A DNA stretch of 64,000 nucleotides from an uncultured Chloroflexia bacterium (GCA_963828165.1 CAWHDR010000001.1:192001-256000); one strand, 5' to 3'. Positions 48,740 to 58,890 are shown, counted from the first letter of the stretch. Notes: generated by a model not told the origin, from the sequence alone. Numbers and translations: made by a program.

Positions 48740-49843
48740 ATGAGCAAGAACGGCGCCGTTCATCTGGTCGGCAGTGTCCCGCTCGAGAGCGTCGAGGACG
48801 TGTTTCGTACGTGCGCTGACGCCCTCGGAACGCGCGTCTCCTCCTATCCCGACGGGGAGGTCGGCCAACGGAAGTACTGGACCTTCTACCTTCCTACCCG
48901 AACGTATTCGGTCCACCCCGATCTGGAAGCGGTCAATGCGCCCCCAGACGGTCAGGTTCGACAGCCGACAGCGGGGGCGAGCCAGAAGGAATGGAACGAA
49001 TCGTGGTGGACCTTCAAGCTGCGGCCGGGCGTGAGCCACCTGACGTTCGAAAGCCTTCACTACGTCGAAGAAGCGACGCGATCCTACGAGATCTTTCGAA
49101 GGCTCCGCGCCGACGGCGTCATCCCGGTGGATGCCCGGTTCCAGGTGAGTTTTCCCGCCACTGGCTCGGCGGTGATGGGCTTTTTCGCGCGACCGGCGGA
49201 CTGGCCGACGGTCTATGACGCGTATCGGCGGGCGATCCGCCAAGAGGTGGCGCAGATCGTCACCTCGATCCCGCACGACGATCTGGTGATCCAATGGGAC
49301 ATCGCCAGCGAGGTCCGCGACATCCTGGCCGGCGACGCACCACTTCTGCCCTGGTCGCCGGAGACATCGCTCGAAGAGAAGTGGCAGCGCCATCTCGGTG
49401 ACATGGGCCACCTGTCCGCCGACATCCCGGAAGACGTCGTCCTTGGCTACCACTTCTGCTTCGGCACCTGGGGTGGCTGGCCGAAGTCCGTGGCGCCCGA
49501 CATGGGGGTCGCTGTCCGTCTCGCCAACGAAGCGGTCGCCCGGGCTGGACGTCGCGTCGACTACGTGCATCTGCCGGTGATGCCGGACGCCGACGATGCC
49601 TACTTCGGACCGATGCAGGGACTTGCGATCGGGAACACCTGGCCGTTCCTCGGGATCGTCCTCGACGACGGCTTGGACGCCTTCGAACGGCGTGCCCGAG
49701 CCGCGCAACGGTATGTGCCCGAATTCGGCATCGCGTCGTATTGCGGCTGGGGCCGCGAAGATCCCGCCCGAGTGCCATCGCTCCTGCGGAACCTTCGGGA
49801 GAGCGCCGAGCGCTTGACCAAGGTCTTGTCGCCCGTGTCGTGA
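48740..49843 (+). CDS. MetE/UROD-like barrel protein (cobalamin-independent methionine synthase C-domain-like, Zn motif)
   Basis: HLVGSVP, PDGE.G.R..W, IQWD, GYHFCFG (HxC), YVHLP and IASYCGWGR (third ligand Cys). Confidence 0.72.
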   Translation: MSKNGAVHLVGSVPLESVEDVFRTCADALGTRVSSYPDGEVGQRKYWTFYLPTRTYSVHPDLEAVNAPPDGQVRQPTAGASQKEWNESWWTFKLRPGVSHLTFESLHYVEEATRSYEIFRRLRADGVIPVDARFQVSFPATGSAVMGFFARPADWPTVYDAYRRAIRQEVAQIVTSIPHDDLVIQWDIASEVRDILAGDAPLLPWSPETSLEEKWQRHLGDMGHLSADIPEDVVLGYHFCFGTWGGWPKSVAPDMGVAVRLANEAVARAGRRVDYVHLPVMPDADDAYFGPMQGLAIGNTWPFLGIVLDDGLDAFERRARAAQRYVPEFGIASYCGWGREDPARVPSLLRNLRESAERLTKVLSPVS

Positions 49844-49873
49844 GCGGTCGGACGCCCGAGAGCATGCCGGCCT

Positions 49874-50896
49874 TCAGGGCAGGAGCACGCTCCTGAGGAC
49901 GCGCCCGGCTCGCAGGTCATCGAGTGCATCGTTGGCAGCATCAAGCGGACGCACTGCCTGGACCAGGTGGTCGACCGTGATCGTCCCGTCAAGATAGAGG
50001 TCGATGGCGTCGCGGATGTCGTCCGGCACAAACCCCCGCGACCCGAGGACGGCGAGCTCCCGCCAGAAGATGTCCACGGCTCGTGCCTGGAACGGATCGA
50101 CGCTCGCACCGATCAGTACGACCCGGCCGCCTGGACCGCCCATGGCGATGGCTTGCTCATCGACGGCCGCCGAGCCGACGCACTGGATGACGACATCCGG
50201 TCCGTGGCCACCTGTCAGGGCCTTCACGGCAGCGACCGGATCGCCATCGTCGGCGGCCACGGTCTCGTCCGCGCCGAGCTCACGGGCCAGCCGCAGCTTC
50301 GCCGCCGACCGTGTCACGGCGATGACTCGTGCCCCCATCGCCTTCCCGATCTGCACGGCATTGGATCCCAGGCCGCCCACACCAAGCACGACCAGGGTCT
50401 CGTCGGGCTGCAGCTTCGCGACTCGCTTGAGACCATGGAGCGGCGTGGCGACGGCGTCGGTCAGGACGGCCAACACGGGGGGCGGCACCGGGGCGCGCGG
50501 GACGATGAGTGCTTCCGGCGGGCGGAGAACGTACTCGGCGAACGCGCCATCGACGTCCACCCCCATGCGCGTCACGTGTGGGCTGATGTTCGGCCGCCCA
50601 CGGGCCGCCCACGGATCGTCGGCCGGCGTCGTGATGTAGTAGAGCGCGACCTGGTCCCCGACCGCCACGCCTTCGACCCCATCGCCGAGCGCATCCACCA
50701 CGCCGGCGGCCTCATGCCCGGGGATGACCGGCAACGAGACGGAGTCGCCGAAGCCGCCCTTCTGCAGGAACACGTCCGAGCCGCACACCCCGCACGCTTC
50801 CACCCGGACGCGAACCTCGCCGGCTCCGGGCTCCGGTATGGGCCGCGACGTCAGCCGAAGTGGCGCGCCGACCGCTGGCAGCTCCACCGCCCGCAT
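49874..50896 (-). CDS. Zn-dependent alcohol dehydrogenase (MDR) family protein
   Basis: ACGVCGSD, PGHEAAG, DAVATP, GVGGLG. Lacks the structural four-Cys Zn lobe. Confidence 0.88.
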   Translation of the reverse strand: MRAVELPAVGAPLRLTSRPIPEPGAGEVRVRVEACGVCGSDVFLQKGGFGDSVSLPVIPGHEAAGVVDALGDGVEGVAVGDQVALYYITTPADDPWAARGRPNISPHVTRMGVDVDGAFAEYVLRPPEALIVPRAPVPPPVLAVLTDAVATPLHGLKRVAKLQPDETLVVLGVGGLGSNAVQIGKAMGARVIAVTRSAAKLRLARELGADETVAADDGDPVAAVKALTGGHGPDVVIQCVGSAAVDEQAIAMGGPGGRVVLIGASVDPFQARAVDIFWRELAVLGSRGFVPDDIRDAIDLYLDGTITVDHLVQAVRPLDAANDALDDLRAGRVLRSVLLP

Positions 50897-50919
50897 CGTG
50901 GCCACCGCGATCCGGTCGC

Positions 50920-51687
50920 TCAATACATCAGGAATCCACCCGACACGTTGAGCGTCGAGCCGGTGATGTACTTGGCATGATCCGACGCGAGGAAGACGAC
51001 CGGGCCGGCCAGCTCCTCGGGCTCGGCCACGTAGCCGAGCGGCGTCTGCTTCTTCATCGATTCGTAGATCTCGGGAGCGAGGCCGGTCATGAGCATCGGC
51101 GTGTGGACCTGGCCCGGGGAGACGCAATTGACCGTGATCTGATGCGGCCCGAACGTCCGCGCGAGGCCGCGACACATCGTCGTGACGCCGCCCTTCGAAG
51201 ACGCGTAGGCGACCGAGCCACCGAAGCCGCCGGTCCACCAGCCCTGCGAGGTGAACAGGATGATCCGGCCACCCTGCTCCGCCTTGATCATCGCGTTGCC
51301 CGCGGCCCGGGCGAGGAAGAACGCCGACTTCACGTTGACGTCGTGCTGGAAGTCCCAGTCGTCCTCGGTGACCTCGTCGAGCGAGCCCCGGCGCCGGAGG
51401 ACGGCGGCGAGGTTCGCGAGGACGTACAGCCCACCGAGTTCCTTCTCCGCCCGCGCCACGAGCGCTTCGTGGCTGGCGAGATCGCTCAGGTCGGCGACCG
51501 CGGCCACGTGGCCGCTGCCGTCGAGCGAGCCGACCAGGTCGTCGAGTCGTGACTGATCCAGGTCCACGGCCATGACCTTCGCCCCTGCGCTGGCGAACCC
51601 CCTGGCCACGGCCGTCCCGATACCACCGGCGGCACCGGTCAGGATGACTCCGCGGCCCTCGAGCCCGGCGCCCACGCTCCACGTCAT
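50920..51687 (-). CDS. SDR family oxidoreductase
   Basis: TGAAGGIG, NLAA, YASSKGG. RBS GAGGAG. Confidence 0.9.
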   Translation of the reverse strand: MTWSVGAGLEGRGVILTGAAGGIGTAVARGFASAGAKVMAVDLDQSRLDDLVGSLDGSGHVAAVADLSDLASHEALVARAEKELGGLYVLANLAAVLRRRGSLDEVTEDDWDFQHDVNVKSAFFLARAAGNAMIKAEQGGRIILFTSQGWWTGGFGGSVAYASSKGGVTTMCRGLARTFGPHQITVNCVSPGQVHTPMLMTGLAPEIYESMKKQTPLGYVAEPEELAGPVVFLASDHAKYITGSTLNVSGGFLMY

Positions 51688-51736
51688 GTCGCTCCTCCTC
51701 TCCCCTGCCCCGCGCCACGCATCAGCGCCCGCGTCC

Positions 51737-52882
51737 TCACCCGCCGCCGAGCACCTTCTCGCTCCGGTATCGATCGACGACCTCCTGGCTGACGTCGATC
51801 CCGAGGCCCGGCTTCGTCGGCGGGTAGAACCAGCCATCCTTGTGCTCGATCGGCTCGGGCACGAGCTCGTGCTGCATCGGATTGCGGAGTGGCTTGACCT
51901 CGATCAGCTTGAAGGCCGGTGAGCTGAAGCTCATCGCCAGACTGGCCGCGGTGACGATGGCGGACGACCAGCAGTGGGCGTTCGCCTGGCGCCGGTAGAA
52001 CTCGATCCGTTCGACGGCGCGCTTGAAGCCGGTGATCCCCTCGGCTCGCCCGGGGTCGATGCCGACCACGTCGACCGTGCCGGTGCCGAGCACCCGCTCG
52101 AAGCCCTCCACGTTCCACTCCTTCTCGCCGTACGCGATCAGGCTCGTGGTCTTGCTGCGCAGGTTGGCGTAGCCCTCCGGATCCCACGCGCCGAGCGGTT
52201 CCTCGATCCAGTGGAGGCCGTACTCATCGAACGCCTGGACGCGCCGGACGGCCGTCATGACGTCCCATTTCACGTTCCACCCGCAGTCGATCATGATCAT
52301 CTGCTCGGGCCCAAGCCCCTCGCGCATCTTGCGGATGTACTCGACGTCCCGATCGTGCTCGTACCCGAGCCGGGCGTTGCCCCGCTTGCCGAAGCCGACC
52401 TTGAGGCCATGCATCCCGGGGGCGACCCATTCCTGGGCCTCTTCGACCATCCGGTCGATGTCCTCGTAGTGGGCATGGCTCGAGGCCACGGCCGGCAGCT
52501 TCTCGTGGACCGCGCCGCCCAGGAGCTGGACGACCGGTACCTCCAGGAGCTTGCCCTTGATATCCCAGAGCGCGATGTCGATCGCGGCGACGGCATAGCT
52601 CGCGATGCCGCCGTTGTAGCCGTACCACCACATCTGGTCACGAAGCGAGTGCCAGATCGCGATGTTGTCGAGCGGGTCCTTGCCGACCACCCGCTCCGCC
52701 ATGCCCTCGATGATCGCCTTGACCGCGAAGTTCGCCTCGGGGAACTGGGTGATGGACTCACCCCAGCCCACGACACCGTCGTCGGTCGTGATCTTGACGA
52801 GGCAGAGGTGCCGGAGCGCATCGTAGTCGTTCGGCTCCGGGTAGCTCACGGGGATGGCTTCGACCGTCTGGACCTTGCTCAC
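51737..52882 (-). CDS. Mandelate racemase / acid-sugar dehydratase family (paralogue of 29366)
   Basis: YPEPND, GWGE, AIDIALWDIKGK, WIEEP, YGEK, NAH, PMQHELV, PGLG. Confidence 0.9.
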   Translation of the reverse strand: MSKVQTVEAIPVSYPEPNDYDALRHLCLVKITTDDGVVGWGESITQFPEANFAVKAIIEGMAERVVGKDPLDNIAIWHSLRDQMWWYGYNGGIASYAVAAIDIALWDIKGKLLEVPVVQLLGGAVHEKLPAVASSHAHYEDIDRMVEEAQEWVAPGMHGLKVGFGKRGNARLGYEHDRDVEYIRKMREGLGPEQMIMIDCGWNVKWDVMTAVRRVQAFDEYGLHWIEEPLGAWDPEGYANLRSKTTSLIAYGEKEWNVEGFERVLGTGTVDVVGIDPGRAEGITGFKRAVERIEFYRRQANAHCWSSAIVTAASLAMSFSSPAFKLIEVKPLRNPMQHELVPEPIEHKDGWFYPPTKPGLGIDVSQEVVDRYRSEKVLGGG

Positions 52883-53041
52883 GAGGGACAGGCTCCTTTC
52901 GGGAGGATGGCTGGGCGATCGACCCGCCGAGCGGGCCCTCCTTGCCCGGCCGATACAGCACGGGACAGCGGCTCGGCACGCCCGAGCACCACGGTTTCGA
53001 CCGGCTGGGACAGGTTGCAGATCCAAGCGTGAATCGCGTCT

Positions 53042-53105
53042 GATATCATTTCCAGACTCGTTTCCACCCGACGGTCATCGTAGGGTCGCCCTTCTCCTGC
53101 GTCAA
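53042..53105 (-). promoter_or_regulatory. Promoter plus tandem operator
   Basis: Minus-strand TTGACG(53105-53100)-N17-TACGAT(53082-53077). ATCATTTCCAGA/CTCGTTTCCACC 12-bp direct repeat at 53045-53068. Confidence 0.55.
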
Positions 53106-53150
53106 TCCGGATCGAGGCCCTGACGGGCCCCGCGAAAGGAGTCCAGATCG

Positions 53151-54218
53151 ATGGCGAAGCTCCGCCTCGGCGTCATCGGTGCCGGGTCGTGGACGCTTGG
53201 TTCCCACTTGCCGAATCTGGCCAAGCACCGGGACGAGGTCGAGTTCGTCATCGTCAACCGGCGCAATCCGGACCTGCTCTCCAAGATCCAGTCGGAATGG
53301 GGCTTCGCCAAGTCCTCGACGGACTGGCATGACGTCATCGCCGAGAAGCCGGACATCGTCGTGATCGGGAGCCCACCCGGTTACCACTGGGAGCAGAGCA
53401 AGGCCGCGCTCGAGGCCGGTGCGCAGGTCATGTGCGAGAAGCCCTTCACGATCGACCCGGCGCATGCCTGGGACCTCGACGAGACCACCCGTCGGACGGG
53501 GAACCACCTGATCCTGTCCTACGGCTGGAACTACCGGCCGATGGTCATCGACGCGCACCGGATGATGCACGAGGATGGTGGCGTCGGCGAGATCGAGCAC
53601 GTCGCGCTGCACATGGACTCCGTGACCCGGGAGCTGCTGTCCGAGACGGGCGACTACCCCGGCGCCTCGCCCGAATCCATCCCCCAGCCGGACACGTGGT
53701 CGCGTCCCGAGACATCCGGTGGTGGCTACGGGCAGGCCCAGCTGACCCACCTGCTCGGCGTCTCGCTCTGGCTGACCGAACTGCGCGGCCAGGACGTGTT
53801 CGCATTCATGTCCGCTCCACTGGACGCCAAGGTGGAGCTCCACGACGCGGTCTCGATCCGGTACACGAATGGCGCGATCGGCACGATGAGTGGCGCGTCG
53901 AGCCACCTCGGCGGCGCGAACAACCGTCATGCCGTGGAGGTCCGCGTGGTCGGCTCGAAGGGCATGTTCCACCTCGATCTGCGCGACAACGTCCTGTGGC
54001 GCTATCGCTCGCCGGCGGACGACGTCCGCGTCCCACTCGAATCCGACGCCGGCCTGTACGACTGCACGGGACCGATCGAGGCGCTCGTGGCGGCCGGCGC
54101 CGGCCGGCCGTTCGACAACAATTCACCGGCCGAGCTCGGTGCCCGGACCGTCGAGATCCTCGAGGCCGCGTACCGCAGCGCGGGCAGTGGGGCTGCGGAG
54201 CGGGTGAAGACGCTGTGA
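53151..54218 (+). CDS. Gfo/Idh/MocA family oxidoreductase
   Basis: GVIGAGSW, CEKP, TWSRPETSGGGYGQAQLTH. Confidence 0.9.
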   Translation: MAKLRLGVIGAGSWTLGSHLPNLAKHRDEVEFVIVNRRNPDLLSKIQSEWGFAKSSTDWHDVIAEKPDIVVIGSPPGYHWEQSKAALEAGAQVMCEKPFTIDPAHAWDLDETTRRTGNHLILSYGWNYRPMVIDAHRMMHEDGGVGEIEHVALHMDSVTRELLSETGDYPGASPESIPQPDTWSRPETSGGGYGQAQLTHLLGVSLWLTELRGQDVFAFMSAPLDAKVELHDAVSIRYTNGAIGTMSGASSHLGGANNRHAVEVRVVGSKGMFHLDLRDNVLWRYRSPADDVRVPLESDAGLYDCTGPIEALVAAGAGRPFDNNSPAELGARTVEILEAAYRSAGSGAAERVKTL

Positions 54219-54266
54219 TGATCCCTCCCGCCAGGTCAACGAACCAGAACGTCATGGAGTGTCGCG

Positions 54267-55376
54267 ATGCTCGCTGAAGTCACCAGCCCGCTCAAGGGCG
54301 AATGGATGACGCCTCGACGGCGCTTCCTCTCGGCTGTCTATCGCGGCAACGTCGACAAGGTGCCGGCCTGTACGCTCAGCTCGGTCGTGACGGTCGAGAT
54401 GATGGACCTGGTCAATGCGCCCTTCCCCGAGGCGCACCTGGACGCCGAGCTCATGGCCAGGCTCGCGGCGACCGCGCACGACGTGTTCGGGATGGACACG
54501 ATCATGCCGGTCTTCCATTCCCAGCTCGAATCGGATGCGCTCGGCGGCGAGACCGAGTGGGCCGAGAAGGACAACTGGCCATCGCCGTCGCGGTTCACGA
54601 TCGAGGAGCCTGACCAGGTCAAGATCCCCGACGACTTCGTCGAGCGGCCGACCATGGCCGCGGTCACCGGCGCGATCAAGCTGCTCCGCCATCGCTACCC
54701 GGACGTCGCCATCGTCGGCAAGGTCTACGGCCCGTGGTCGGTCGGCTACCAGATGGTCGGCATCGAGAGCTTCCTGATGGACGTCATGCTCGATCCGGAC
54801 AAGATCAAGCGCTACCTGGACGCGTTCGTGCCGGCCTGCATCGCCTCCGCCCAGGCGCAGTTCGAGGCGGGTGCCGATGCCGTGATGTGGGCCGACCACA
54901 CGACCGGCGACCTGTGTCGTGCCGAGACCTACCGCGACTTCCTGCTGGAGATGCACCAGCACATCACCCAGGAGATGGGCGGGCCCGGCATCTTCCACTG
55001 CTGCGGCAAGACCATCGACCGGGTGCACCTCTTCGCCGCGGCCGGCTGGGATGTCTTCCACTTCGAGTCCCAGGTCGACGCCCGCGAGGCCCGCGAGATG
55101 GCCGGCGAGCGCATGGCGCTGATGGGCAACCTCAACAACCCGACGCTGCTCTGGCAGGGCACGCCCGAGGAGGTCTACAAGGCGTGCTGGGACCTCATGG
55201 ATGCCGGCGTCGACGGGCTCGCGCCTGAGGGCTCGGTCCCGCTCGTGACCAAGAAGGAGCCGCTGATGGCGATCGCCCACGCGGCCCGCGACTGGTCGGC
55301 ACTGCATCGTGGCGACGACGGCGTCGTCCATCGCCCCGACCCATCCACCAGCACGTATCCCGGCTACCCGGGCTAG
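54267..55376 (+). CDS. MtaA/CmuA (UROD-fold) corrinoid methyltransferase
   Basis: MTPRRRFL, FPEAHLDAELMARLA, GKVYGPW, AQFEAGAD, IFHCCG, LMGNL, GTPEEV. Confidence 0.85.
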   Translation: MLAEVTSPLKGEWMTPRRRFLSAVYRGNVDKVPACTLSSVVTVEMMDLVNAPFPEAHLDAELMARLAATAHDVFGMDTIMPVFHSQLESDALGGETEWAEKDNWPSPSRFTIEEPDQVKIPDDFVERPTMAAVTGAIKLLRHRYPDVAIVGKVYGPWSVGYQMVGIESFLMDVMLDPDKIKRYLDAFVPACIASAQAQFEAGADAVMWADHTTGDLCRAETYRDFLLEMHQHITQEMGGPGIFHCCGKTIDRVHLFAAAGWDVFHFESQVDAREAREMAGERMALMGNLNNPTLLWQGTPEEVYKACWDLMDAGVDGLAPEGSVPLVTKKEPLMAIAHAARDWSALHRGDDGVVHRPDPSTSTYPGYPG

Positions 55377-55412
55377 GCCACAAGAACCAGAGACGTAGGA
55401 GAACCACGGAGC

Positions 55413-56075
55413 ATGGCGGACCTGAAGCGACTCCAGACGGCTGTCGAGGTCGGCGACCGCGAGACCGCGGTCGAGGTGACCCAGCAGGCGATCGACGAGG
55501 AGATCCCTCCGAAGACCGTGCTCGATGCGATGACCGACGCGATGGGGGTCGTCGGTCAACGCTTCCAGGACAACGAGATCTACGTCCCCGAGATGCTGAT
55601 CAGCGCCCGGGCCATGAAAGCGGCCGTCGCGCTCCTGGAGCCGCTGCTCATCGGCTCGGGCTACAAGCCGGACAGCGTCGCCGTCATGGGCACGATCAAG
55701 GGCGATCTCCACGACATCGGCAAGAACCTCGTCGGGATGATGCTCAAGGGCGCGAACTTCGAGATCTTCGACCTGGGCACCAACGTCTCGGTCGACAAGT
55801 TCATGGCCGCCGCACGCGAGCACAAGGCGGACATCATCGGGATCAGCGCCCTGCTGACGACGACCATGGGCGGCATGCGCGGCGTGATCGAGGCCGTCCG
55901 TGCCGCGGACGACCTGCCGAACCTCCCGGTCATGGTCGGCGGCGCGGCGGTGACCAAGGAGTTCGCCGAGCAGATCGGCGCCGACGGCTGGGCGCCGGAC
56001 GCCGGCTCCGCGGTCATCCTCGCCCGGCGCCTCGTCGCCGAGGCACGCGCGGCGCGAGCCGACAACGTCGCCTGA
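55413..56075 (+). CDS. Corrinoid (B12-binding) protein
   Basis: B12 cap domain, YVPEMLISARAMK, GDLHDIGKNLV (DxHxxG), SALLTTTM, VMVGGA. Confidence 0.93.
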   Translation: MADLKRLQTAVEVGDRETAVEVTQQAIDEEIPPKTVLDAMTDAMGVVGQRFQDNEIYVPEMLISARAMKAAVALLEPLLIGSGYKPDSVAVMGTIKGDLHDIGKNLVGMMLKGANFEIFDLGTNVSVDKFMAAAREHKADIIGISALLTTTMGGMRGVIEAVRAADDLPNLPVMVGGAAVTKEFAEQIGADGWAPDAGSAVILARRLVAEARAARADNVA

Positions 56076-56083
56076 CGGGACGG

Positions 56084-57154
56084 CTAGGGCGCGGGCGACC
56101 CCACGGATGGCGCCGGCGTTGCCGCCGGCAGGCGCCCGGCCCGGAACGCATCGATGAACTCCACCCCGAAGGCGTCGACGCCGGTCAGGAGATCCGCGGC
56201 CAGTCGGTAGGACTCGGCCTCGCGGTCCGGCGCCAGCGCGCTGCGGATGTCGGCCGCGACCGGGTCGACGATCCCGCTGTCCTGGCCCGCCACCACGCAC
56301 AGGTCGAGGAAGACGTCGCTGATGAGCCGGCGCGCCGGCATCCCGAACGACACGTTGGACACGCCGCTGGTGATGTGGAGCTCCGGTCCGTAGCGGGCGC
56401 GTAGCTGGCGGACGGCCTCGAGGTAGGCGGACCCGCCATCCGGGTCGACACCGATCGGGATGACCAGCGGGTCCACGTGCAGCGCGGCGAGGTCGAGACC
56501 GTGGGCGACTGCCATCTCGATCAGCTCGACCGCGCGGACCATTCGCTCCTCGGTGCCGGTCGGCATCGTCGCCCCCGTCGAGGACAGCACGACCGGCGAG
56601 CCACGATCAGCCGCCATCCCAAGGACGTCGACTCTGTCGGCCGCTGCCGAGTTCAGCATCGGTGGAGCCCCGCCGGCCCAGCCCGGGTCCAGGAGCTCGA
56701 GCCCGACGGTCATCACCGACGAGTCGGACGAGTCGATGGAGAGTGGGACGCTCGACACCGGGCCGACCGCCCGGACGAGCCAGGCCATGGCCTCGAGGCG
56801 ACCGTCGACATCGGGTGAGACCTCGTCGACGTTGATGTCGAGATAGGCCGCGCCGCCGGCGATCTGGCGAGCTGCCATCCAGCGCACATACGCGGTGGCG
56901 ATCGCGGCATCGGGGCCGTTGGCCATCCCCTCCAGCACGGCGGCCATCACGTGCTTGACACGGCCAGACTGGAATTCGCGCGTGTCCTGGATGACCGGCG
57001 GGACCGGCAGCAGGGCCTCGCCGTCCTCGAGCGGGACCCGGACGGCCGGCTGGCCCGACGGTGTCTCGGCGATCCGGCTACCGTCGCGGCGGACGACCCG
57101 GCTCGTGTGGATGTTCTCGCCGATGATGATGAACGGCACTGGCGGGACGGACAA
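56084..57154 (-). CDS. Methyltetrahydrofolate:corrinoid methyltransferase (pterin-binding, AcsE-like)
   Basis: FIIIGENI, GAAYLDIN, PLSIDS, MLNS, VDPLVIP, SGVSNVSFGMP.R. TTG start after GGAGGA. Confidence 0.85.
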   Translation of the reverse strand: MSVPPVPFIIIGENIHTSRVVRRDGSRIAETPSGQPAVRVPLEDGEALLPVPPVIQDTREFQSGRVKHVMAAVLEGMANGPDAAIATAYVRWMAARQIAGGAAYLDINVDEVSPDVDGRLEAMAWLVRAVGPVSSVPLSIDSSDSSVMTVGLELLDPGWAGGAPPMLNSAAADRVDVLGMAADRGSPVVLSSTGATMPTGTEERMVRAVELIEMAVAHGLDLAALHVDPLVIPIGVDPDGGSAYLEAVRQLRARYGPELHITSGVSNVSFGMPARRLISDVFLDLCVVAGQDSGIVDPVAADIRSALAPDREAESYRLAADLLTGVDAFGVEFIDAFRAGRLPAATPAPSVGSPAP

Positions 57155-57188
57155 CGAGCGATCCTCCAAGTCGGTAACGGGCGCCGCG

Positions 57189-58800
57189 TCAGGCGGCGAT
57201 GGGCACGAATCGGCAGCCGTCGACGAACAATTCGAAGAAGTCGTCCTCGGTCTCCAGCTCGACGTGCTCGATCCGCCCGACGAGCGCGTCGAGAGCGTCG
57301 CGCCGGCTCCTGGACAGCAGCAGGCCGGCGGCGCCATGGAGCGCCGCGTTGCCGACGCGGACCACGCGATCGACGGGGACCGGCGCGAGCAGGCCGATCT
57401 CGATCGCGTTCTGCACGTTCACGGCGTTGGCGAACCCGCCCGCGAGATAGACCCGGTCGACCTGGTCGGCGGTCACCCCCAGGCGGCGGAGCAGGATCCG
57501 CTGGCCACAGGCGTTCGCGGCCTTGGCCTGTGCGAGCAGGCTCGCGTCCGACCGCGAGAACGTGATGCCCTGCTCAGGCGCGACGAGAAACTCGTCCAGG
57601 TCGTCACGGAACCGACCCTCTTCGTTCATCCAGCGCGCGCGCCGGAGTTCGGCCAGGACGTCGACGAGTCCCGAACCGCAGATGCCGACCGGGTCGACGT
57701 CCCCGATCGTGCCCAGCGTGAATGCCTCACCCTCGAGTTGGATCGTTTCGATGGCCCCGTCGGCGCCCGACATCCCGAAGCGCAGCAGGCCGCCCTCGAA
57801 CGCCGGGCCGGCCGGGCACGAGGCCGCCAGGAAGCGCGTCCCGTCGGTCACCACGACTTCGGTGTTCGTGCCGATGTCGATGAGCATCCGGATGCCCTGG
57901 CCCGTGGCGAACTCGACCGCGACGAGGTCGGCCGCGGTATCGCCGCCGACGTGACTGGCGATGACCGGGGCACCGACCACGCGGCCATGGGGGTTCATGA
58001 GCAACCCGACCTCGTGGCCGCGCCGCCGGACCCAGGTCGAGTCGCTCTGGCCGGCGAGCATCGCGACTTCCGTGATCGACTTGTACGGGAACTCGCCGAT
58101 CGGCCCGATGTCGATGCCGAAGAACAGGTCGCGCATCGTGCTGTTGGCGACGATGATCGCCTCGTAGACCTCGTGTCGGTCGATCCCGTGCTCCCGGTAC
58201 AGGTCGCGCAAGGCGTGGTTGAGCGCGCGGCGAACGGCCAGCCGCATCGCGCCCGGGAAATCCTTCTCGTAGGAGATGCGGGTCATCACGTCGCTGCCGC
58301 CGAAGCGCTGCGGGTTCTCGAGGGCGCCGCCCGCGACGGCTGCGCCGGTCAGCAGGTCGATGATCCGGAAGACGACCGTCGTCGTGCCGATGTCGATCGC
58401 CAGCCCGAGCACATGGTTCCGCCGGAGCCCGATGGGCTGGCCCGCATAGAACACCGCCGTGTCGTCCGCGGTGACGACGGGGTCCAGCCGGGTGGCCGGC
58501 GCTTCCATCGATTCGAGGATGCGCATCCGCCGGCGGATGATGGCGAAGTCGATGTCGGTCGTCGCGGTCTCGATCGTGGCCTGGCAGGCGAGACGGAAGC
58601 CGCCCTTCAGATACGCCTCCGGCAGCGTCCGCGGCGAGAGACCTTCGAACCCCTGGCGGACCTCGACCACGCACTCTCGGCAGCGACCGGTCCGGCGACA
58701 CGATTGCGGGCACCGCCGACGACACCTCGTCGGCGTAGTCGAACAGCGTCCGCCCGACGACAAGCGGACGGTGCTCGATCCCCTGGATGACTTCAGGCAA
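57189..58800 (-). CDS. Reductive activator of corrinoid proteins (RACo/ASKHA ATPase with N-terminal 2Fe-2S domain; frameshift near 58709)
   Basis: CRRTGRCREC...RLACQ, IDIGTT, NPQ.FG.DV..RI, DIGTNTE, AGPAFEG, GICGSG. The N-terminus (GRTLFDYADEV..VP) lies in another frame across a GGG run. Confidence 0.87.
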
Positions 58801-58890
58801 GCTGGCGGACCTCGGGTGGCACTGTCGACTGACCGGCGCCGTTTGTCGCCGGCCGTCGATCGCTGTGTGCGCGGCGACGACTATCCCACG

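Noticed and set aside
52883-53150. Possible cobalamin riboswitch ahead of the corrinoid operon
   Set aside because: I could not recognise a B12-box or the conserved GGGAA/GCCACTG elements. The region is explained by a promoter and operator tandem. An Rfam scan would be decisive.
54267-58800. Corrinoid genes as a split MetH or Wood-Ljungdahl cluster
   Set aside because: No homocysteine-binding or SAM-reactivation domain and no acsB/C/D in the window. The composition fits a substrate demethylase better.
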